In this document: positions 7,747 to 15,959 of the stretch, one piece after another
How positions within the stretch are numbered: position 1 is the first letter of the stretch
How the letters are laid out: each line of letters starts with the position of its first letter
Origin: Halorhodospira halophila SL1
GTDB taxonomy: Bacteria > Pseudomonadota > Gammaproteobacteria > Nitrococcales > Halorhodospiraceae
DNA length: 32,000 bases
NCBI RefSeq assembly: GCF_000015585.1
Contig: NC_008789.1
Span: forward strand, 2,646,453 to 2,678,452
Direction of reading: 5' to 3'
Made by a program: the position numbers and the translations under genes
Notes under the pieces: generated by a model
Databases searched by the model: none
Told to the model about the DNA's origin: nothing
What the model saw: the letters and a program-made list of their open reading frames with translations, nothing else

Positions 7747-9478
7747 GGCGATCCTCCACGCAGCGGCCGGCCTCGATCACCAGGTGGCGATCCCCCCAGT
7801 CGTGGGTGTCTCGGTCGTGGGCGACCATCAGCACCGTGCGCCGACCGTCGGCCAGTCGGGCGACGGCTGCCAGGACGCGCTCGCGGCTGTCCGGGTCGAG
7901 GCCGGCAGTGGGCTCGTCGAGGAGCAGCACCGGGGCCCCGGAGAGCAGCGCCCGGGCCAGCGCCAGACGGCTGGCCTGTCCGCCGGAGAGGCCGTACGCG
8001 TCCTCCCCCAGCGGGGTGTCGAGCCCCTCCGGAAGGGCGGCGATGACCCCGTCGAGGTCCGCGTGGCGCAAGGCAGCCCTCAACCGCCGGTCGTCGGCCC
8101 CGGGGTCGGCCAGCTGCAGGTTTTCGCGCACGCTGCCGTGGAACAGCCACGGCCGCTGCCCCACCCAGGCCACCGCCCCCGCCGCTGGCGCCGACTCCCC
8201 GATGGTCACGCGACCGGTGTCGGGGCGGAGGAAACCCGCAGCCAGGTGCAGCAGGGTCGACTTGCCGGCACCGCTGGGGCCGGAGATGACCACCCGCTGG
8301 CCGGCGGGGATGTGCAGCTCCAGGCCGTCGAGCGCCGGCGCCTCCGCCCCGGGGAAGGCGACGGTAACCCGGTGGAAGCCGAGGGGCCGGGGGTCGGGCA
8401 CCGGCAGGTCGGTCTGCGGATCGCGTCGCACCGGGCCGGGCGCCGCCGGGGCGGGCTCGTCCGCCGCCGGGAGGGGGTCCTCGAGCAGTTCCAGGATCTC
8501 CGCGGCGGCCCCCACGGCGGCGGCCCGATCGTGGTAGTGCTGCGCCAGGCGGCGCAGAGGGAAGAAGACCTCCGGGGCAAGGAGCAGGATGAACAGCCCG
8601 GCGAACAGGCCCAGCTCCGGCCCGGGACCGAAGTGCAGATAACCGAGCAGGGAGAAACCGACGTAGATCGCCACCAGGGCGATGGAGATGGCGGCGATCA
8701 GCTCGAGCGCCGCCGAGGAGAGGAAGGCCACGCGCAGGACCGACAGGCTCCGGCGCCGGTACTCCTCAGCGGCCCCCTCCACCGCCTCGGCGGCGGCATC
8801 GGTGGCGCGGAAGATACGCAGCGTGGCCAGGCCGCGCAGGCGATCGAGGAAGTGCGCACTGATCCGGGCCAGGCTCTGCTGCTGACGCCGGGACAGACGC
8901 GCCGCCCCCATCCCCACCAGCGCCATGAACAGCGGCACCAGCGGCGCAGCGATGAGCAGCAGCAGCCCGGCAAGCAGGTCGACGCCGGTGATCAGGGCGA
9001 TGAACACCAACGGGGCGACCACTGCCAGCACCATCTGCGGCAGGTAGTGGGCGTAGTAGCCCTCCAGGGCCTCGACCTGCTCGACCAGGGCGCTGGCCAC
9101 GGCCCCGCTGTGGTGGCCCTGCAGGCGCACTGGGCCGAGGGCGGCGATGTGGCGGTAGAGCCGTCGGCGGACGGCTGCGGTGATGACCCAGGCGGCGCGG
9201 GCACCGGCCGCCGCCCGCGCCCAGGTGGCACCGGCCCGGGCCGCGAAGACCGCAGCCAGCAGGGCCAGTGCCCCCCAAAGCTCAGCGAGCGGGGTGGCGC
9301 GGATGACCGCCTGATCGATGACCCAGGCGATGAGCAGTGCCTGGAGGACGACCAGGACCGTGTCCGCCAGGCCCGCACCGACCGTCGCGGCCATCGCGGG
9401 GCGGGCCTGGCGGGCCTGGTCGAGCAGCCAGCGCCCCGCCGCCCGCTCGCCGCCGCGGGGTTCATCGGCCACCGGCAA
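7739..9478 (-). CDS. cydD: Thiol-reductant ABC exporter subunit CydD
   Basis: Strong resemblance to E. coli CydD (YYAHYLPQMVLAV, APLVPLFMALVGMGAA, HFLDRLRGLATLRIF, LRVAFLSSAALE). Walker A is GPSGAGKST and the signature is LSGGQASRLALAR. No in-frame ATG precedes the conserved RWLLDQ segment. The start must therefore be TTG 9478 or GTG 9472, and the exact start is uncertain. Confidence 0.9.
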   Translation of the reverse strand: MPVADEPRGGERAAGRWLLDQARQARPAMAATVGAGLADTVLVVLQALLIAWVIDQAVIRATPLAELWGALALLAAVFAARAGATWARAAAGARAAWVITAAVRRRLYRHIAALGPVRLQGHHSGAVASALVEQVEALEGYYAHYLPQMVLAVVAPLVFIALITGVDLLAGLLLLIAAPLVPLFMALVGMGAARLSRRQQQSLARISAHFLDRLRGLATLRIFRATDAAAEAVEGAAEEYRRRSLSVLRVAFLSSAALELIAAISIALVAIYVGFSLLGYLHFGPGPELGLFAGLFILLLAPEVFFPLRRLAQHYHDRAAAVGAAAEILELLEDPLPAADEPAPAAPGPVRRDPQTDLPVPDPRPLGFHRVTVAFPGAEAPALDGLELHIPAGQRVVISGPSGAGKSTLLHLAAGFLRPDTGRVTIGESAPAAGAVAWVGQRPWLFHGSVRENLQLADPGADDRRLRAALRHADLDGVIAALPEGLDTPLGEDAYGLSGGQASRLALARALLSGAPVLLLDEPTAGLDPDSRERVLAAVARLADGRRTVLMVAHDRDTHDWGDRHLVIEAGRCVEDRRA

Positions 9479-9481
9479 GGC

Positions 9482-10477
9482 TCAGTGGTAGCCGCCCTGC
9501 ACCTTCCCGCGGAAGATCCAGTAGGTCCAGACCGTATAGCCGATGATGATCGGCAGCAGGAAGAGGATGCCAAGCAGGAGGAAGAGCTGCGCCTCCGGGG
9601 CCGATGCCGCGTCCCGGAAAGTGATCTCCGGCGGCACCATGTACGGCCACTGGCTGGCAACCAACCCGAGGTAGACGGTGACGAACAGGCCAAGCCCGGC
9701 GATGAACGGCACCAGTTCCTGGCGCTTGCGCAACGCGGACCAGAACAGCCCTACGGCCAACGCACCGAGCAGGGGCAAGGGCCAGAGCATGGTCCACGCC
9801 TCCTGCCAGCGCTCCAGTACACGCTCGGAGGTCAGCGGGGTCCAGACCGAGATGCCCAGCAGACAGACCACCAAGAGCAGGAGCAGCCACGGGGCCACAC
9901 GGTAGAGCCACCGCTGCGTGGCACCCTCGGTCTTGAGGATGCCCCAGGCGGCGCCAAGCAGCGCATAGCCGACCACCAGCGAGACCGCGGTGAAGACGGT
10001 GAACGGCGTCAGCCAGTCGAAGGGCCCGCCGACGTAGGTGAAGCCATCCACCTCGAAGCCCTGGATGTAGGTGCCGACCACGAAGCCCTGGGCCGCGGCG
10101 GCGAGGATCGAGCCGCCGGCGAAGGCGGCGTTCCAGAATCCGCGTGTCTTCGAGGATTTAAAACGGAACTCGAAGGCCACGCCGCGGAAGATCAGGCCGG
10201 CGAGCATCAGGAAGACGCCCAGGTAGAGCGCCGGCAGGTAGATGGCGTAGACCGCCGGGAAGGCGGCCAGCAGGCCAGCGCCACCGAGGATCAGCCAGGT
10301 CTCGTTGCCATCCCAGACCGGGGCGACGCTGTTCATCAGGTCGTCCCGGACCTGCTCGCTGGGCGTAAACGGATAGAGAATCCCGACGCCGAGGTCGAAG
10401 CCGTCGAGCAGGATGTACATGAACACCCCGAGGCCGATGATCCCCATCCAGATGATGGTGATGTCGATTAGTTCCAT
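9482..10477 (-). CDS. cydB: Cytochrome bd-type quinol oxidase subunit II (short form)
   Basis: N-terminal MELIDITIIWMGIIGLGVFMYILLDGFDLGVGILYPF is typical of CydB/CioB. The protein is hydrophobic throughout. GAGG lies 7 nt upstream of the ATG. At 331 aa it is shorter than the 379-aa E. coli CydB. Confidence 0.92.
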   Translation of the reverse strand: MELIDITIIWMGIIGLGVFMYILLDGFDLGVGILYPFTPSEQVRDDLMNSVAPVWDGNETWLILGGAGLLAAFPAVYAIYLPALYLGVFLMLAGLIFRGVAFEFRFKSSKTRGFWNAAFAGGSILAAAAQGFVVGTYIQGFEVDGFTYVGGPFDWLTPFTVFTAVSLVVGYALLGAAWGILKTEGATQRWLYRVAPWLLLLLVVCLLGISVWTPLTSERVLERWQEAWTMLWPLPLLGALAVGLFWSALRKRQELVPFIAGLGLFVTVYLGLVASQWPYMVPPEITFRDAASAPEAQLFLLLGILFLLPIIIGYTVWTYWIFRGKVQGGYH

Positions 10478-10486
10478 GTCGCTACC

Positions 10487-11899
10487 TCACCGCGAGCTGG
10501 TGGAGAAATCCGGGTCGTCGTCGAACGGGACATCCGCCGCCGAGAAGGGGCGCTTGGCGTGCGCCGGCTCCTCCACGGAGCCCACCCCCTCCGGCCCGTT
10601 ACGCACGATCCGCGTGACGTAGTAGAGGCCGGCAGTAAAGATCACGGCGTAGACCACCACATACCCGATCAGGGTCACCAGCGCCATCCAGCCGGTCAGC
10701 GACGGCGTCACCCCTTCGGCCAGGGTCATCTGGCCGTAGATCAACCACGGCTGACGGCCGATCTCGGTAACGAACCAGCCGGTGAGCACCGCCACGAAGG
10801 GCAGCGGGATCATCAACTGGAGTGTGTGCAGGAACGGTCGACTCTCAAACAGCCGACCGCGCATGCGCAGCCAGGCGCTCCACAGAGCCACCAGCAGCAT
10901 CACCACGCCGATCCCGACCATGATGCGGAACGACCAGAAGACGATCCCCACCGGCGGCCGCTCCTCGGCACTGACCTCCTTGAGCCCGGGCACCTCACCG
11001 TCCCACTGGTGGGTCAGGATGAAACTGGCGAGATTGGGAATGCCCACGGCCAGGTGGTTGGTCTCGGCGGCCGAGTCGGGGATAGCGAAGAGGTACAAGG
11101 GGGCGCCCTCGCGGGTCTCCCAGGCGCCTTCCATGGCGGCGACTTTGGTGGGCTGATGCTCAAAGGAGTTCAGCCCGTGGATGTCGCCCATGAAGATCTG
11201 CGCCGGGGCGACCAGCAGCAGCAGCCACAGGGTCATGCTCAGCGCCTTGCGGTTCATCTCCACGGCGCGGTTGCGCAGCAGGAAGTAGGCGCTGACGCCG
11301 GCAACGACGAAACCACCAGTGAGCAGCGAGGCCAGCGCCACGTGCCCGAAGCGGGGCCACAGCGAGGGGTTGAAGATCGCCTCGGCCCAGGAGGTGACGT
11401 GGACGATGCCATCGCGGAACTCGAAGCCCTGCGGGGTGTGCATCCAGGAGTTGGCGGAGAGGATCCAGAACGAGGAGATGAACGTGCCGATGGCCACCAT
11501 ACAGGCGGCGAACAGGTGCGTTCCCCGCGGGACCCGGTCGCGGCCGAAGAGCAGAATGCCGAGGAACACGGCCTCGAGGAAGAAGGCGGTCAGCACCTCG
11601 TAGGAGAGGATCGGGCCGAGGAAGTTGGCCGTGGCGAAGGAGAACTCACTCCAGTTGGTGCCGAACTGGAAGGACATGACCACGCCGGAGACCACGCCCA
11701 TACCGAAGACCACGGCGAAGATCTTGATCCAGAACTCCGACAGGCGCCGGTAGGTCGGGCTGTCGGTGCGGTACCACAGCGCCTCGAGGACGGCGATGTA
11801 GGCCGCCAGCCCGATGGTGAACACCGGGAACAGGGCGTGGAACGAGACCACGAAAGCGAATTGCATCCGCGACAAGAGCAGCGGGTCGAGGGCTTCCAT
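10487..11899 (-). CDS. cydA: Cytochrome bd-type quinol oxidase subunit I (short Q-loop type by length)
   Basis: LSRMQFAFVVSFHALFPVFTIGLA (heme b558 His region), FWIKIFAVVFGMGVVSGVVMSFQFGTNW and GWFVTEIGRQPW are hallmark CydA/CioA segments. AGGAGG lies 10 nt upstream of the ATG. The protein is 470 aa versus 522 aa for E. coli CydA. Confidence 0.94.
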   Translation of the reverse strand: MEALDPLLLSRMQFAFVVSFHALFPVFTIGLAAYIAVLEALWYRTDSPTYRRLSEFWIKIFAVVFGMGVVSGVVMSFQFGTNWSEFSFATANFLGPILSYEVLTAFFLEAVFLGILLFGRDRVPRGTHLFAACMVAIGTFISSFWILSANSWMHTPQGFEFRDGIVHVTSWAEAIFNPSLWPRFGHVALASLLTGGFVVAGVSAYFLLRNRAVEMNRKALSMTLWLLLLVAPAQIFMGDIHGLNSFEHQPTKVAAMEGAWETREGAPLYLFAIPDSAAETNHLAVGIPNLASFILTHQWDGEVPGLKEVSAEERPPVGIVFWSFRIMVGIGVVMLLVALWSAWLRMRGRLFESRPFLHTLQLMIPLPFVAVLTGWFVTEIGRQPWLIYGQMTLAEGVTPSLTGWMALVTLIGYVVVYAVIFTAGLYYVTRIVRNGPEGVGSVEEPAHAKRPFSAADVPFDDDPDFSTSSR

Positions 11900-11933
11900 C
11901 GTAGCGGCACCTCCTGCCTGAGAACTGAATCCG

Positions 11934-11950
11934 GCACCGCCGGGCGGTGC
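11934..11950 (-). other. Perfect 7-bp hairpin in the polA 3' / cydA 5' untranslated region
   Basis: Minus strand reads GCACCGC-ccg-GCGGTGC, then CGGATTCAGTTCTC. It lies 35-51 nt upstream of the cydA ATG and about 100 nt downstream of the polA stop. It could be a weak polA terminator or a cydA leader structure. Confidence 0.45.
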
Positions 11951-12049
11951 ATGCAGCGCCGATCGGGCGCTTGAATCAACGAAACCTTAACTAAAGGGGT
12001 TCTAAATAACCACCCGTCCGTGGGCCGATGCGGCGCTTCCGGTCGGCCA

Positions 12050-14764
12050 TCAGTGGGCCTGTTCCCAATCATCGCCAACACCGAGCTCGACTTCCAAGGG
12101 AACCGACACCATGCCGCGATCCGATCCCTCCATCAGCCGGCGCACCTCATCGCCCACCGCCGTTGCCTGCGCCTCAGGGACCTCGAGCACCAACTCATCG
12201 TGCACCTGCATCACCAGTCGGCTCTCCGGGAAGCGCTCATTGAGCAGGGCGTCGACGTCGATCATGGCCCGCTTGATGACATCCGCCGCGGTCCCCTGCA
12301 TAGGGGCATTGATGGCGGTGCGCTCGGCGTACTCGCGGCGCTGACGGTTGCGGCTGTGGATCTCCGGGACGTGCAGTCGGCGGCCAAACACGGTCTCCAC
12401 ATAACCCTGCTCCCGGGCCTGCTCGCGCGCCCGATCCATGAAGGCACGCACACCGGGGTAGCGCTCGAAGTAACGGTCGATGTAGGTCTGCGCCTCGTCG
12501 CGCGGGATGCCCAGCTGCCGCCCCAGGCCCCAGGCGGACATGCCGTAGATCAGCCCGAAGTTGATCGCCTTGGCGGCGCGGCGCTGCTCGTCGTTGACCT
12601 CATCGGCGGCGAAGACCTCGGCGGCGGTGGCGCGGTGGATGTCCTCGCCCTGCTCGAAGGCCCGGCGCAGGCCCTCATCGCCGGAGAGGTGGGCCATGAT
12701 GCGAAGCTCGACCTGGGAGTAATCGGCGGTGATCAGCCGGTGCCCGGGGCTGGCCACGAAGGCCTTGCGGATGCGCCGCCCTTCCGGGGTGCGCACCGGG
12801 ATGTTCTGCAGGTTGGGATCGGATGAGGAGAGCCGTCCGGTCGCCGCCACCGCCTGATGGTAGGAGGTGTGCACACGACCGGTGTCCCGGTGGATCAGCT
12901 GCGGCAGCTTGTCGGTATAGGTGGACTTGAGCTTGGACAGCCCCCGATGCTCAAGGATCAACCGCGGCAGTTCGTGGCCCCGCGCGCTGAGCTCTTCGAG
13001 CACCGACTCGGCGGTAGACGGCTGGCCCTTGGGGGTGCGCTGGATCACGGGCAATCCCATACGCTCGAAGAAGATCTCCTGGATCTGCTTGGGTGAGCCG
13101 AGGTTGAACGCCTCGCCGGCCTCCTCGTGGGCGCGCTGCTCCACCTCGGCCATGCGCCCGGCCAGCTCCTCGCTCTGGCGCTCCAGCAGGTCGCAATCGA
13201 CCCGCACCCCGTGGCGCTCCATGCGCGAAAGAACCGGCAACAGGGGCATCTCGAGTTGGCTGAAGACTCGCAGCAGCCCCGATTCGGCCTGCAGCCGGGG
13301 GTAAAGAAGTTGATGAAGGCGCAGCGCGATGTCGGCGTCCTCGGCGGCGTAGTGGCCGGCACGCTCGACGTCGATCTCGGCGAACGGGACCTGCCGCACC
13401 CCTTTGCCGCAGAGCTGCTCGTAGCTGGTGACCTCGACCCCCAGGTACTTGCTGGCCAGCGAGTCCATGTCGTGGCGGGTCGCCGTGGAGTCGAGGACGT
13501 AGGACTCGAGCATACTGTCGTAGGCCACCCCGCGCAGCTCGATCCCGTAGCGGGCCAGGACACTCATGTCGTACTTGAGGTTCTGACCCATCTTCTCCGG
13601 CTGCTCGGCCTCGAGCAGGGGGCGCAGCGCGTCGAGCACCCGGTCCCGGTCGAGCTGGTCCGGGGCACCGGGCCCGCAGTGGGCCACGGGCAGATAGGCG
13701 GCCTGCCCCGGCTCGACAGCCAACGACACGCCGACGATCTCGGCATCCATGTAGTTGAGGCTGTTCGTCTCCAGGTCGATGGAGAAGGCATCGGCGTTGC
13801 GTAGCCGCTCCATCCAGGCGGCGAGACCGTGGTCGTCGAGGACCACCTCGTAGGCCACCTCGGGCGCGTTGGGGGGGAGACTGGCGCCGGTGCCGTCGGC
13901 TGCGGCGGCGGCGTCGCCGGCCTGCAGCTCGGCGAGGAAGCGACGCATACCGTAGCGCTGATAGAGCCCACCGAGGGTCTCGCGGTCCGGGCTCTGGCGA
14001 ACCAGGTCCTCCGGGGCGACCTCGAGGGCCAGGTCGCAGCGGATGGTGACCAGATCCACCGACAGCGGCAGCTCGTCGAGATGGGCGCGGAGGCTCTCGC
14101 CGACCTTACCGCGGATCTCGTCGGCCTGCTCGCGCAGTGCGTCGAGGCTGCCGTAGGCATTGAGCCACTTGGCAGCGGTCTTCGGTCCGACCTTGGGAAC
14201 ACCGGGGATGTTGTCCGAGGTGTCGCCCACTAGGGCCAGGTAGTCGCGGATCAACTCGGGGGGGACACCAAACTTCTCGCGCACCCCCTCCGGGTCCAGA
14301 CGGGTGCCGCTCATGGTGTTGAGCAAGGTCACCTGTTCGTCCACCAGCTGCGCCATGTCCTTGTCCGTGGTGGAAATCAGGACCGGCCCCGAGGCGCGCG
14401 CGGCCAGGGTCCCGATGACATCGTCGGCCTCCACACCGGGCACCTCGAGCACCGGCACCCCGAGCGCAGCGATGATCGCCTTGAGCGGCTCCCGCTGGGC
14501 ACGCAGTTCATCGGGCATGGGTGGCCGGTGCGCCTTGTACTGCTCGAAGAGCTCATCGCGAAAGGTCTTGCCCGGGGCGTCGAAGACCACGGCGAAGCGC
14601 GCCTCGGGCTCCTCGGCAAGGAGCTTGTGGAGCATGTTAACCACGCCGTAGAGCGCCCCGGTCGGTTCGCCGTTGGCGTTGGTCAGTGCCGGCAGGGCGT
14701 GGAAGGCGCGGTAGAGGTAGGAGGAGCCGTCCACCAGGACCAGGCGGTCGTCCGGTTGTGTCAT
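12050..14764 (-). CDS. polA: DNA polymerase I
   Basis: The 904-aa protein has a 5'-nuclease N-terminus (LVLVDGSSYLYRAFHA, GDTSDNIPGVPKVGPKTA). The 3'-5' exonuclease ExoI motif is FSIDLETNSL. Polymerase motifs are A (DYSQVELRIMAHLS), B (RRAAKAINFGLIYGMS) and C (QVHDELVLEV). Confidence 0.97.
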   Translation of the reverse strand: MTQPDDRLVLVDGSSYLYRAFHALPALTNANGEPTGALYGVVNMLHKLLAEEPEARFAVVFDAPGKTFRDELFEQYKAHRPPMPDELRAQREPLKAIIAALGVPVLEVPGVEADDVIGTLAARASGPVLISTTDKDMAQLVDEQVTLLNTMSGTRLDPEGVREKFGVPPELIRDYLALVGDTSDNIPGVPKVGPKTAAKWLNAYGSLDALREQADEIRGKVGESLRAHLDELPLSVDLVTIRCDLALEVAPEDLVRQSPDRETLGGLYQRYGMRRFLAELQAGDAAAAADGTGASLPPNAPEVAYEVVLDDHGLAAWMERLRNADAFSIDLETNSLNYMDAEIVGVSLAVEPGQAAYLPVAHCGPGAPDQLDRDRVLDALRPLLEAEQPEKMGQNLKYDMSVLARYGIELRGVAYDSMLESYVLDSTATRHDMDSLASKYLGVEVTSYEQLCGKGVRQVPFAEIDVERAGHYAAEDADIALRLHQLLYPRLQAESGLLRVFSQLEMPLLPVLSRMERHGVRVDCDLLERQSEELAGRMAEVEQRAHEEAGEAFNLGSPKQIQEIFFERMGLPVIQRTPKGQPSTAESVLEELSARGHELPRLILEHRGLSKLKSTYTDKLPQLIHRDTGRVHTSYHQAVAATGRLSSSDPNLQNIPVRTPEGRRIRKAFVASPGHRLITADYSQVELRIMAHLSGDEGLRRAFEQGEDIHRATAAEVFAADEVNDEQRRAAKAINFGLIYGMSAWGLGRQLGIPRDEAQTYIDRYFERYPGVRAFMDRAREQAREQGYVETVFGRRLHVPEIHSRNRQRREYAERTAINAPMQGTAADVIKRAMIDVDALLNERFPESRLVMQVHDELVLEVPEAQATAVGDEVRRLMEGSDRGMVSVPLEVELGVGDDWEQAH

Positions 14765-14777
14765 GCGTTCGCTCTCT

Positions 14778-14807
14778 GTGACTGTCAGCGGGCTACGCGG
14801 CTATGAT
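14778..14807 (+). promoter_or_regulatory. Putative sigma70-type promoter for the LOG-family gene
   Basis: GTGACT (14778..14783), an 18-nt spacer, then TATGAT (14802..14807). The -10 box lies 47 nt upstream of ATG 14855. This is a pattern match only, in the 90-nt divergent region shared with polA. Confidence 0.35.
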
Positions 14808-14854
14808 AAAGGTTGCAGGCCCGGACACGATCAACAGCGCAGCCACGGAGCCCT

Positions 14855-15580
14855 ATGGATCCCAAGAACCCCTTCGCGCACCAGGAGCGCATCCCGCTGA
14901 ACGGTGCCACCCTCACCCGCGAGTCCTGGAAGATCTTCCAGATCATGGCCGAGTTCGTGGAGGGCTTCGAGCGCCTGTCGGCGATCAAACCCTCGGTGAG
15001 CATCTTCGGCTCGGCCCGGGTTGCCCCGGATCATCCCTACTACCAGCTCGCTGAGCAGGTGGCGCGGGAGGTCTCCGACGCCGGCTTCTCGGTGGTCAGC
15101 GGCGGCGGCGGGGGCATCATGGAGGCAGCCAACAAGGGGGCCCAGGCGGGCAAGTCGCCCAGCGTGGGCCTCAACATCCAGCTGCCCAAGGAGCAGGAGG
15201 CGAATCCGTACCAGGACATCGCCCTGCACTTCCGGCACTTCTTCTCGCGCAAGGTGATGTTCGTCAAGTACGCCTCGGCCTACGTGGTGCTGCCCGGCGG
15301 GTTCGGGACGCTGGACGAGCTGGCCGAGATCCTCACCCTGGTCCAGACCGGGAAGACGCCAAAGATCCCCATCATCCTGGTACACAGCCCGTTCTGGGAG
15401 AAGCTGGTGGAGTGGTTCCAGGAGCGGCTGGTGGCCGAGGCGGCCATCGATGCCGACGACATGCACCTGTTCAAGGTCGTGGATACCCCGGAGGAGGTGG
15501 TGGCAGCCATCTTCGATCACTACGAGGACCGCGGCTTCCAGCCCTCCCGCGAGGAGCGGGAGATCCTGCTCGATCTCTAG
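14855..15580 (+). CDS. LOG-family protein (TIGR00730-type nucleotide 5'-monophosphate nucleosidase / lysine-decarboxylase-like)
   Basis: Diagnostic motifs are SGGGGGIMEAANKGA and LPGGFGTLDELAEILT (PGGxGTxxE). I placed the start at ATG 14855 (MDPKNPF), which has GGAG 5-6 nt upstream, instead of ORF-track 14813. Confidence 0.88.
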   Translation: MDPKNPFAHQERIPLNGATLTRESWKIFQIMAEFVEGFERLSAIKPSVSIFGSARVAPDHPYYQLAEQVAREVSDAGFSVVSGGGGGIMEAANKGAQAGKSPSVGLNIQLPKEQEANPYQDIALHFRHFFSRKVMFVKYASAYVVLPGGFGTLDELAEILTLVQTGKTPKIPIILVHSPFWEKLVEWFQERLVAEAAIDADDMHLFKVVDTPEEVVAAIFDHYEDRGFQPSREEREILLDL

Positions 15581-15593
15581 AGGAGCGCCCGCC

Positions 15594-15959
15594 ATGATGA
15601 GTAAGCGGGTTGCCGCCGGTGCCGCTGGGGTCGGCCTGGCGATGCTGCTGAGCGCTCAGGCCGCCGGCGGCTTCGAGGCCGATGAGCGGATCACGGTGAC
15701 ACCACCGCCGCCGCCCGAGGCCCTGGTGCGTGACGAACCGGACCTCGAGCCGACGGTCACCATCGTCCAGCGCGACTGGGCGGTCATCGAGGAGTACCGG
15801 GTGGACGGACAGATCTACGCGGTACGCATCCAGCCCGCCGTCGGGCCGCCGTACCTGCTCTACGACACGACCGGAGACGGCGTCCTCGACGGCAGCGGGG
15901 GCGACTACCACGCCCACGACCCGCCGCGCACACCGCTATGGCGGCTGTTCAGCTGGTAG
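15594..15959 (+). CDS. Small secreted protein, DUF2782-like
   Basis: AGGAG lies 8 nt upstream of ATG 15594. The signal peptide is MMSKRVAAGAAGVGLAMLLSAQA. The mature part (TIVQRDWAVIEEYRVDGQIYAVRIQPAVGPPYLLYDTTGDGVLD) resembles, from memory, the DUF2782 family often encoded next to polA in gammaproteobacteria. The family assignment is not verified. Confidence 0.65.
   Translation: MMSKRVAAGAAGVGLAMLLSAQAAGGFEADERITVTPPPPPEALVRDEPDLEPTVTIVQRDWAVIEEYRVDGQIYAVRIQPAVGPPYLLYDTTGDGVLDGSGGDYHAHDPPRTPLWRLFSW

Noticed and set aside
7610-10471. A 953-aa plus-strand ORF spanning the cydC, cydD and cydB region
   Set aside because: It is antisense to three genes with unambiguous homology. Its translation is low-complexity and rich in G, R, D, Q, P and E, with no motifs. 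Stop-free antisense frames are expected at this GC content.
11971-11979. Possible FNR/ANR box upstream of cydA
   Set aside because: TTGAATCAA has the TTGA/TCAA half-sites but a 1-nt rather than 4-nt centre, so it does not fit TTGAT-N4-ATCAA. I keep it only as an unexplained palindrome in the leader finding.
11991-12050. A 19-codon minus-strand ORF (MADRKRRIGPRTGGYLEPL) starting in a TGATG overlap with the polA stop
   Set aside because: It has no SD, is very short and is not hydrophobic as CydX-type peptides are. It is most likely chance, and only conservation or ribosome profiling could rescue it.
14771-14790. Possible LexA/SOS box in the polA-LOG divergent region (CTGTGACTGTCAGCGG)
   Set aside because: The sequence begins with CTGT, but the position 8 nt later reads GCGG rather than ACAG. 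It does not fit CTGT-N8-ACAG.
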